Shown: in pieces, positions 52,666 through 64,000 of the stretch
Numbering within the stretch: position 1 is the stretch's first letter
How the letters are laid out: each line of letters starts with the position of its first letter
The notes under the pieces: generated by a model
Seen by the model: the letters and a program-made list of their open reading frames with translations, nothing else
What the model was told of the DNA's origin: nothing
The model's database searches: none
Source: Octopus sinensis
Lineage: Eukaryota
Length of the DNA: 64,000 nucleotides
Direction: 5' to 3'
Assembly (NCBI RefSeq): GCF_006345805.1
Contig: NW_021830458.1
Span: 1 to 64,000 of the forward strand
Made by a program: the position numbers and the translations under genes

Positions 52666-53474
52666 CATCCAAGAGTTAAGGAACAGAATAGATAAGATCC
52701 GGGCTACATATGTTTCATAGCGAGTGGAACCCCAGAAGTGGTAAATATCCAAGCGAGGTGTATACCGCAGGCTACTCTTCTAAGCGACTGATCCTCAATA
52801 TTGCAAGTATTGTTGTTATGGTTTAAAGAAAAAAAAGTCCTCTTTCTGTATGAGACACATAACCCAGCCCCGTCCCACCACGTAGTCACACTCACAGATG
52901 TTCTCATATTTCAGGATGACCTTCAGATTTTTGGTCCTGTTAGAGGATCATTAAAGAATCTCTGTATCTTGTAATGCATTTAATTCAATTCATTATTGCC
53001 CGGCTGCGAACGGAATCGATCTAATTATTGCATTGATCAGGTTTACAGTGAAGCAACTGTAAATTTGAGCCTTTATTTGTTTCAGTCATGTGTGTAGGAC
53101 CTATTTATTGCCGAGTGGACTGTGGCACTTTAGAATTAAAATACCACGAATTTCTCACCCGAATCGACCATATTTAAGACTTGTCCTTTTCCAGTGGGGG
53201 ACCCGGACACACGAACACACATTACAAAATACACACATATCTACACACATACATATCTCCACGTATATGTGTGTAGATCATGTTCCATAAAGCCACACCG
53301 ACGTATCTATATATAGTGTGAAATATTGAGAAAGGGATAGAATAAGTGAGAAAGAGGGAGAGAGAGAAAGGGAGAGAGAGAGAGAGGGGGGAGACGGAGT
53401 CAGGTAGGAAAACAAAAAAGAAATTAGAAACAAGGGAAAATATGCATAAAAATAATACAGGTAAAAAAAAAAGA

Positions 53475-53546
53475 AGGGGACACCCGGGTTCGAACCAGGG
53501 ACCTCTCGATCTGCAGTCGAATGCTCTACCACTGAGCTATATCCCC
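53475..53546 (-). tRNA. trnC-GCA: tRNA-Cys (GCA), copy 4 (identical to copy 2)
   Basis: Cloverleaf with CCTGG T-stem variant; T-run terminator. Confidence 0.97.
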
Positions 53547-53750
53547 AACTACACGCAGGCTCTCTATTTTTGTTAATTTAAACAAAACAGTAGTTCTTAC
53601 TTAGCCTAGTGCTGTTTGTCATTTGAACTATGAATCAGCTGTTCTATTTTGTTTTTTCCCACTGACGCAATCTTGAACAACCTGTTGTCAAGTTCTGTCG
53701 TGAAGCATAAACATATCGTGGTCAGCCGGATTTGGATACACACCCACCTA

Positions 53751-53798
<48 letters not shown>

Positions 53799-53857
53799 CT
53801 TGCCTGCCTGCCTACCTATCTACCTACTTACCTACCTACTTACCTACCTACATACCT

Positions 53858-54097
53858 ATTTCTTTATTACCCACAAGGGGCTAAACACAGAGGGGGACAA
53901 ACAAGGACAGACATTAAGTCCAGGTATTAAGTCGATTACATCGACCTCAGTGCGCAACTGGTACATAATTTATCGACCCCGAAAGGATTAAAGGCAAAGT
54001 CGACCTCGGCGGAATTTGAACTCACAACGTAACGCAGACGAGATACCGCTAAGCATTTCGCCCGGCGTGCTAACATTTCTGCCAGCTCGCCGCCTTA
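53858..54097 (-). mobile_element. Full-length group B SINE with 13-bp TSD
   Basis: TACCTACATACCT at 53845-53857 and 54098-54110. Confidence 0.9.
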
Positions 54098-54369
54098 TAC
54101 CTACATACCTACCTGTCTACATACCTACCTATCACCTACCTACCAACCTGCCTACCTACCTGCCTACCTACATACATATATACATACATTCATACGCAGG
54201 GAGATATATACATATATATACATGCATACCATAACATACGTATATTCATGCATACATGGTTGCATGCTTACACACACATACGTATGTGTGTGCGTGTGTA
54301 TACACGGCCATGCAAATACACACACACACACACGTATATATGCCCCATACTTATACATAGATACAAACA

Positions 54370-55410
<1,041 letters not shown>

Positions 55411-55439
55411 TATATGTATTTTGAAAAATATATAGAGTA

Positions 55440-55588
55440 TTGGCTGTGTGGTAAGTAGCTTGCTAACCAACCACATGGTTCCGGGTTCAGACCCACTGCG
55501 TGGCACCTTGGGCAAGTGTCTTCTACTATAGCCTTGGGCCGACCAAAGAAGCCCATTGTATATATATACATATATATATACATATATA

Positions 55589-55678
<90 letters not shown>

Positions 55679-55920
55679 AAGTGTGTGTGTTTGTGTGTAT
55701 GTGTGCTTGTGTGCCTGTGTTTGTCCCTCCACCATCGCTTGACAACCGATGCTGGTATGTTTACGTCCCTGTAACTTTGCGGTTCTGCAAAAGATACCGA
55801 TAGAATAAGTACTAGGCTTACAAAGAATAAGTCCTGGGGGTTGATTTGTTCGACTAAAGGCGGTGCTCCAGCATGGCCGCAGTCAAATGACCGAATCAAA
55901 TAAAAGAATAAAAAGAATAA
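55440..55920 (+). mobile_element. SINE group A
   Basis: Family head, body and tail. Confidence 0.85.
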
Positions 55921-56740
55921 TATATTCACTCTTTACTATACAAGTTGATTACAACATTTTACGCTTCCGTGCTTTTTTTGTTTCGATTAATTAGACTATG
56001 AAGAGCTCCATCCATGACCTTCTTAAAGAAGGTTATGACAGTTTATTTTTTGATTTTACTTGTCAAATCTAGAAAAGGGGGACAATGTCCATGGTCTGTG
56101 CAGGACCAGCCCATAACCTTTTGTAAGATCTCTGAGCGTTGTTTCATCTATTATTTGTTTTTATTTGTTTCAGTAATCAAACTGTGACCATGCTGGAGTA
56201 CCGCCTTGAGGAATTTTAGTCGAACAAATCGACCCCCCCCCGCCCAACTTATTTTGCTTTTAAGCCCGCTGCTTACGCTGTCGGTCTGTCTTGCCGAACT
56301 AAGTTACGGGGACGTAAACTCACCGACATCGGTTGTCAAGCGGTGGTGGAGGACAACCCCCCCCATCCACACATTCACATAAACACACATACACAGATAC
56401 ACACACACAAGTACGCATGCACACACGCACACATATCTGTTAACAATAGAATACGTTACCGAAAAGGAAGGGAGATATTGGATTCTGTAGTTGGGATGGT
56501 CACAGCTGGAATGAATTTGATAGTGTGTCACGTAGTTTCGTGCTGACAACAACAATAGCAACTATCATATAGGTTTGAAATCTTGCTGTGTAACAGTCTA
56601 TAACATGTTATGCTCAGATACGAAAAAAAAAAATTCAGTTTGCAAGCAAATTCATTTTGGATTTATACACGACTCCGTTGTTTGTATCTCCCATGCATGC
56701 CTGGCAGAATTTACAGACATGCATGGGAAGGAGTGAGAGA

Positions 56741-56829
<89 letters not shown>

Positions 56830-56896
56830 TGGAGGTAGGAGGCAGTGTATCTGTATGTGTGTGTTGTACTTGTGTTGTTTAAGTATTTGATGCTTA

Positions 56897-57545
56897 TGTG
56901 GAGGCGCAATGGCCCAGTGGTTGGGGCAGCGGACTTGCGGTCGGAGGATCGCGGTTTCGATTCCCAGACCGGGTGTTGTGTGTGTTTATTGGGCGAAAAC
57001 ACCTGAAAAACTCCACGACGCTCCGTTCTGAGTTCAAATTCCGCCGAGGTCAACTTTGCTTTCATCCTTTCAGGGTCAATAAATTAAGTAAAAGTTGTGT
57101 ACTGAGGCCAATCTAATCTACTGGCTCCCTCCCCCAAAATTTCGGGCCTTGTGCCTTGAGTAGAAAAGCTGGCGAGCTGGCAGGAAGTTAGCAGGCCGGA
57201 TGAAATTTCGTCTGCCGCTACGTTCTGAGTTCAAATTCCGCCGAGGTCGACTTTGCCTTTCATCCTTACGGGGTCGATTAAATAAGTACCAGTTACACAC
57301 TGGGGTCGATATAATCGACTTAATCCGTTTGTCTGTCCTTGTTTGTCCTCGCTGTGTTTAGCCCCTTGTGGGTAGTAAAGAAATAGGTATTTCGTCTGCC
57401 GCTACGTTCTGAGTTCAGATTCCGCCGAGGTCGACTTTGCCTTTCATCCTTTCGGGGTCAATTAAATAAGTACCAGTTACGCACTGGGGTCGATATAATC
57501 GACTTAATCCGTTTGTCTGTCCTTGTTTGTCCTCTCTGTGTTTAC
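56897..57545 (+). mobile_element. Chimeric C-head/B-body SINE followed by a group B tandem pair
   Basis: The C head switches to the B core at ..GCTCCG|TTCTGAGTTCAAATTCC (~57025); B units with a 186-bp period. Confidence 0.8.
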
Positions 57546-57918
57546 TGTAGTGTTGAGTTAGTTGTCTGTACTTCATTGGTGTAAAGTGATTCTTGTTCTT
57601 GATCAAGATCTGTGACAACTGCCTCTCTGTTTTCAAAGGAGGGTCTTTCTTTACTTTGCTGTAGCTACCATCACTTATAAGACTTGCCAGTTTTTCCGAG
57701 TAGTCAGACTTGTTCATTACCACTGTAGCATTTCTCTTGTCCGCTGGAAGTATTGTGATGGAATAGTCACTTTGTAGTCTTTTGATAGCGAACCTTTTCT
57801 TCCTTAGTGATGTTTGGTTTGAGAAGTTTCGCTTTTTCTAGTACCTGTCTCACTTTCCACCTTAGTTCATCTTCCTCAGCTTTTGGTATCGCTAGGGCTA
57901 TCTCCTCATAATTGCAGT
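57546..57918 (-). mobile_element. Penelope-like element RT N-terminal relic
   Basis: ELRWKVRQVLEKAK..KPNITKEE, then (frameshifted) ILPADKRNATVVMNKSDYSEKL..SYSKVKKDP; the ADKG-type motif is typical of PLE RTs. Confidence 0.8.
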
Positions 57919-57939
57919 TATTAATAAATAGCATTACGC

Positions 57940-58857
57940 TGGTAATGGAGGTGGTGGCGGTGGCGGTGGTGGTGGTGGTCGTCGTCGTCGTTGTTATCGT
58001 ATGATACAAAAAGGTGAATGTAAAATAGTGGGGGGATGGGAGTTTGTTAGTGTGGATGGTGTTGGTGGTAGCATTGACCACTACGGCGACGTGGACGACG
58101 GAGAAGAAAAAGAAGAAGAAGAAGAAGAAGAAGAAGAAGGTGATGATGATGATGATGATGATGACAAACATGATGAAGAAAAAGAAAGGAGGAGAAGAGG
58201 AAGAAGACTGGGAAGAGCAAGAGGAGGAGAAGAAGAAGAAGAATGGTAAGAGCAAGAGGAGAAGAGGATGAAGGAGAAGGGCAAGAGGAGGAGGAGGAGA
58301 AGAAGAAGAAGACGGGAAAGAGCAAGAGGAGGAGGAGGAGGAGGAGAAGAAGAAGAAGAAGAAGAAGAAGAAGAAGGGAAAAAGGAGGAATGATGAGGGT
58401 GTTGAGGAGGTGGAGGAGAAGAACGACGATGATGACAATGATGATGATGATAATGACGATGGTTGTGATTGTTTTGAAGAAAGATTATGACTTCAGTGAG
58501 AGTAGAGAATGGGAGTGAGAGAGGGGAAGAAATAGAGAGAGAGAGAGAGAGAGAAAAGGTAAGCGTCAGTTTTAGAGGGTAAGGTTGAGGGGAAAGGCGG
58601 GTCCTGCAGAATTGTATTGTGCTTGAAAATATATAAACGGGAAACGCAAATGCATTGTGGGAATGGTCTTTAGTTGTTGGCAGTTAATCAATGCAAGCAC
58701 GTCTCCGAAACGACGAAGTTTTATTAAACATAATAAGTTTTAATGAAAATTCACAGATGCCAAATTAAAATCATTTTCTCGATGAAAATGTTGGCAATTT
58801 CTATTAAATGACTCATTGATTAATTGATTATGAATGTTGTTGTTGCTGTTGTTGTTG

Positions 58858-58889
<32 letters not shown>

Positions 58890-58958
58890 GGTGGTAGTGT
58901 TGTTGTTGTTGTTGATGTTAGTGGTGGTGTGGTGGTGGTGGTGGTGGTGGTGGTAGTG

Positions 58959-58990
<32 letters not shown>

Positions 58991-59007
58991 GGTGGTGGTG
59001 GTGGTAG

Positions 59008-59038
<31 letters not shown>

Positions 59039-59065
59039 GGTGGCGGTGGTGGTGGTGGTTGTGGT
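57940..59065. repeat. Trinucleotide blocks (GGT/GAA/GAT/GGA/GTT)
   Basis: Visible tandem repeats. Confidence 0.9.
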
Positions 59066-59744
59066 TTAACCCAAATCAATCACGATTGAGCAAGCCCATG
59101 ATCAAAGACGTTTCGGCTGTGACCATCTCGTCTTTGTTTAAAAGACATAATGTATCTATGATTTCATTAATCTCTGAATACGTAGTCTTATTTATTTATT
59201 TATCTATTTATATATTTATTATTATTTTCTTTTTGCTCTTTTGGAGTGTGGTGTATTTTTAAAATGTTAAAGCAAGCATAGGCAACTTCGAGACAAAGTT
59301 CGTCATCAGGCGGGCCTCACTACTAAAATAAAGCTCAAGGTAGGGTGTGCCATGGACAGCAGTCTTCCCATGACTGCGGTAATGTGGTTTAAAAGGAAAC
59401 TTGGACATTATTTCTAGCAGGTCAAGCGATCATACAGATGGTAGATACTTCCTAACTGGTTCAATGGAATCGTTAATAAAGAGCAATGAAAGAAATTCTT
59501 TACTTTATTGTCATTCGGCGGTCGAGATTGTGCTGTTTATGTTTTCTACTCTAGGAACAAGGCCCGAAATTTTGCGAGAAGGGAGCCAGTAGATTAGATC
59601 AACCCCAGTACACAACTGGTACTTAATTTATTGACCCCCGAAAGGATGAAAGCAAAGCTGACCTCGGCGGAATTTGAACTTAGAACGTAAAGACAGACGA
59701 AATACTCAAGAAACAGGAGGAGAGAGTGAGAGAAAGTTATGTGG

Positions 59745-60696
59745 ACGGAATGAGCAGGAGCATTGTCGTGGTAAAGTTCTTCGCCGCCCACATGTCCGGC
59801 CGCTTTCAACGTACAGCAACATGAAGGTGACGTATAACTTCCAGGTATTATCCCTTATTGATTGGGGGCGTGCTGGTAGAAACGTTAGCAAACCGGGCGA
59901 GATGCTTGGCGGTATTTCGTCTGCTGCTCCGTTCTGAATTCAAATTCCGCCGAGGTCAACTTTGCCTTTCCTCCCTTCGGGGTCGATAAATTAAGTACCA
60001 GTTACGCACTGGGGTCGATGTAATCGACTTAATACCTATGTCTGTCCTTGTTTGTCCCCTCTGTGTTTAGCCCCTTGTGGGTAATAAAGAAATAGGTATA
60101 TTACGTCTGCGTTACGTTCTGAGTTCAAATTCCGCCGAGGTCGACTTTGCCTTTCATCCTTTCGGGGTCGATTAATTAAGTACCAGTTACACACTGGGGT
60201 CGATGTAATCGACTTAATACCTATGTCTGTCCTTGTTTGTCCCCTCTGTCTTTAGCCCCTTGTGGGTAATAAAGAAATAGGTATTTCGTCTGCTGCTCCG
60301 TTCTGAATTCAAATTCCGCCGAGGTCAGCTTTGCCTTTCCTCCCTAAATTAAGTACCAGTTGCGTACTGGGGTCGATCTAGCCTCCTCCTCAAAATTTTC
60401 GGGCCTTGTGCCTAGAGTAGAAAAAAAATATTCCTTATTGATTGTTTGGCTTTGTGGTAAGTATTCATGATGCACAATACCACGGGAGTCATAGAAACAG
60501 TTCAGCATTACATCTGATCGATATTTTCGGTCATCTTGCGTGAAAACAAAAAATACCAGCAAGCGCGCATACACGTCTGTAAATTTTCACGCATGCGCAG
60601 GAATGTTGGTGTCACCGGTCATCCAAAGGATTTTATCCACGCAGCATTATTTTTGGCGAGAAAAGCTAATGTTGAATACCTTTTGAACGCACATCG
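59745..60696 (-). mobile_element. Fragmented mariner split by a group B SINE array (about 59865-60425)
   Basis: Left end TA|CGATGTGCGTTCAAAAGGTA at 60696; relics VMLNCFYDSRGIVHHEYLPQSQTINKEY (60430-60520) and YHDNAPAHS (~59745-59775). Confidence 0.75.
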
Positions 60697-61005
60697 TAAA
60701 GGCATACTTATCAATAATAGATAGTTTTCTTGGTTTAGGTAGAGACTTCCTCGTTGGCTCATTGTTCTTGGATATGATGTTGTTGTTACTGCTGATGGTG
60801 CTAATCGTGATGGTGATAGTTGTAGAGATAGCGATGTTTGTGAGGATGATGATGATGATGGTGTGATTTGTGGTTGTAACAATGATAATGGTTGAGCTGA
60901 TCCTGACTAAACCTAAATTTAAAATGGCGGAATATGTTTCATGCTTTCCGCCATTTTCATTTATTTGAATTTGATGGTTGTTTTCGATTTGTAAAAGGAT
61001 ACAAA

Positions 61006-61040
<35 letters not shown>

Positions 61041-62067
61041 AAAATAAATAAATAAAAAGAAACAAAAATAGGAAAAAAAAAAAGCAAACAAAAGCAAAAA
61101 TGAAATAGGAATCTACAAACGTCGAAGAGATGGCATTCCCATCCCGCTACTAAATAGATATTTCGTGATGCCAATAGCCATCTCTGTTCTTACATCATTT
61201 GCCAAAGTCAATTTTCCAATTTTATTTCTTAGAAACCATTATTTTTCTAGTTAGTAAATTTTATGGTTTATTTATATTTTTCACTCAAATTTGTTGCCAT
61301 TACTAAACAGAGAAAAAAGAAAAACAACACAAATTGTAGTGGACCTGTTCGTGCAGAATTTTAAAACAACTGTTATTGTCTGTGGTGTAAAACCAATCAG
61401 ACTTAGGTTTTATCTCTTAGGTAGTTTGCATAGAAAACAAGTAAATGTTTAGTATTTTATTTTTTTTTTAAATTACTAAACCACGCAAAGTAAAATGAAT
61501 GTTTTTTTTTCCTCTGAAAAAAAATTACCCCAAACCAAAAACGATATAAAAACAAAACAAAGTCTGTAAATGTTGAATTTATATATAAACGTTGTCCTAA
61601 ATATTAACTACTGGGAGACAATATATACACTTAGTAGAACAACATTGCATATAGATAGAGATACTGAGCCTATAATAGTCATAGCTTATAATTGTTAGAT
61701 AGACATCGTCTGGAAACTGATAGATAGACACTGCCTGGAAATGCGAACGAGATTAGATAGAGTGCTTTTAGATTTTGACTAGACATAGTCTATAGATTTT
61801 CTTTTTGACTGGAAAACATAATATAGAGATATTGAATGTACACACAGAGTTTAAAGTTTTTTGTTGGATAACTAGTTTCCAAGATACAGTAGAAGGTAAA
61901 TAAAACGTGATTAGACAGAGTGCTTCTAGCTGTTGACCAGACATAACCCATTGAGTTTTTGACTGGACAAACACTGCGTCGAGATGTTCAATGTATACAT
62001 TCAGTTTATAATCTTAAACACACCCAGTTTATAAATTTTGGATGGATATTTCTCAAGAAGTTTTAGA

Positions 62068-62420
62068 TAGGCGCAGACGTGGCTGTGTGGTAAAAAGCTT
62101 GCTTCCCAACCATATGTTTCGGGGTTCAGTCCCACTGCGTGGCACCTTGGACAAGTGTCTTCTACTATAGCCTCAGGTGGATTTAGTTGACGGAAACTGA
62201 AAGAAGCTCGTCGTATGTATGTATGTATGTATGTATGTATGTATGTATGTATGTATGTATGTATGTGTGTATGTATGTATGTACGTAGCTAAAGAATCGA
62301 TAAAATAAGTATCAAACTTTAAAAACAGAAAAGTACTGGGTTCGTCGAGACATTCTACTAAAAATTCTTCAAGGCGGTGCCCCAGCATGGCCGCATTCTA
62401 ATGACCAAAACAAGTGAAAG
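62068..62420 (+). mobile_element. Diverged SINE group A with internal (TATG)n
   Basis: Family head and tail. Confidence 0.75.
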
Positions 62421-62494
62421 ATAGTAAAACATCGTGAGTAGGCAGAATGCTTTTATATGTTCACCAGACACCTCATAAAAAAAAAAAACGTCAC

Positions 62495-62795
62495 CCTTTT
62501 CAAGCCTAGCCAGGCTCATGGGCCCCTTTTCTCGGATTCTGTGGCGTATGTGTTCCCCGCTGCTGGACGGGACGCCAGTCCATCGCAGCGTTACTCAAGA
62601 AACAGGAAGAGACAGTGAGAGAAAGTTGTGGCGAAAGAGAACAACAGGGGTCGCCCCCCCCCCTGCCGGAGCGTCGTGGAGTTTTTCAGGTGTTTTCGCC
62701 CAATAAACACACACAACGCCCGGTCGTGGAATCGAAACCGCGATCCTCTGACCGCGAGTCCGCTGCCCTAACCACTGGGCCATTGCACCTCCACA
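62495..62795 (-). mobile_element. SINE: group C head joined to a V-domain-like tail
   Basis: Head as at 1.2 kb; tail as at 31 and 35.5 kb. Confidence 0.75.
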
Positions 62796-63679
62796 GACAC
62801 ACCTCATAGACTAATTTAACTGGAAATCACTTCATGAAGTTATTAAATGTAGAGATACATGTTGACCACGAAGCGACCCACGTACTTTTCTTCTGACTAT
62901 TCGCTCCTTCTTGCACTTCGCCTTCTCTAGACATTCTTCCACTATCCGACGAAGAGTCATGCCCGAAATATGAAACATTTTTACTTTTAATTCTCCATCT
63001 GAAAACTCTCACCGATCGTCAAACTAATATATTCACCGTGTATGTCCATCTAACTTTTGTTGTTTTCATTTTTGTTTTTTCAATTCGCCGTTTGTAATCG
63101 ATTTGTTTATCGTATTTTTTCTTGGGTGTAAGACTCCATGATAATACTTACTACACATAGAAGCTACCATTGGATAAAATGCGTTAAGATGTTGATTAGA
63201 GACAGTCTTTGTGCAATTTGACTGGACAGACTGTACATTTTTGACTGCATACGACTATTGTCCATTATGAAGATATTTAATACCAAGATGTTGAGTAGGT
63301 AGAGAAACACAGACAAAGAGGGATAGAGAGAGAGAGGGGGAAGAGAATATGTGAGAAAGAGTGTAAAAGATAGTTCGATACCACGATACATTCTGTAGGT
63401 GTCGACTAGATAAGAATATAGAGGCCGTATCTTTTCAACAGGATTCAACATTATATCAATATTTAGTGAATAGACACCATCACTACAAGCTGTAGAAGTC
63501 TACTCTATTGATGAAATCTTCTATAGTATTGTTTATATAACCATACAGAGACTCGGTGTGAAGATTGCTTTAGGCTGACGTCTAAGTTAATGACAAGACA
63601 TGACCCGGAAGTAGATTCCATTTACTTTCGGTCTCACATGTCTCCCTCCATGTCTGCTTGCGACAAATAATTGTGTGGT

Positions 63680-63726
63680 GTGTGTGGTGTGTGTGGGTGA
63701 GTGTGGGTGTAGATATACATACATAC

Positions 63727-63770
<44 letters not shown>

Positions 63771-63907
63771 ATATATATATGTAATATATATATATATGCA
63801 CACACACATATATATGTGTGTGTTGAGTGTGTGTATATATACATACATACTACATATATATATATATATATATATATCTATATGTATATATGCATGGATA
63901 TATATTC

Positions 63908-63940
<33 letters not shown>

Positions 63941-64000
63941 TATATGTATGTATATATATATTTACCTACATACACGCACACACACATACACATACTCATA
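63680..64000. repeat. (TG)/(TA)/(CA) microsatellite
   Basis: Visible tandem repeats. Confidence 0.9.

Noticed and set aside
57767-58518. Long acidic/basic low-complexity ORFs
   Set aside because: (GAA/GGA/GAT)n repeats; only the part below 57918 is a real PLE relic
59865-60425. Regularly spaced repeats resembling a CRISPR-like array
   Set aside because: Units are ~185-bp SINE bodies with no unique spacers; eukaryotic context with no cas genes

Overview
Repeat-saturated, AT-rich eukaryotic (animal) DNA. The SINE repertoire and extreme microsatellite density suggest an octopus/cephalopod genome; this is an inference. No intact host protein-coding gene is supported, and nearly all listed ORFs are microsatellite translations. 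Contents: (1) four intact tRNA-Cys(GCA) genes at 39.1-53.5 kb in related flanking cassettes, plus a fifth cassette that lacks its tRNA; (2) a head-to-tail series of 5'-truncated Tx1/L1-group retrotransposon copies at 48.3-52.5 kb, joined to (TATC)n tracts and apparently young; (3) scrambled fragments of an R4/Dong-like RLE retrotransposon between the tRNA genes; (4) Penelope-like relics, including a minimal hammerhead-ribozyme motif; (5) remnants of mariner, Tc1/maT, Merlin, RTE and CR1-like elements, a non-autonomous Helitron and several MITE/foldback hairpins, one with perfect 133-bp arms; (6) dozens of copies of three tRNA-derived SINE groups (my labels A, B, C), with group B forming nested/tandem arrays; (7) an 884-bp tandem duplication with SINE-borne breakpoints. 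Boundaries of degraded repeats are approximate.
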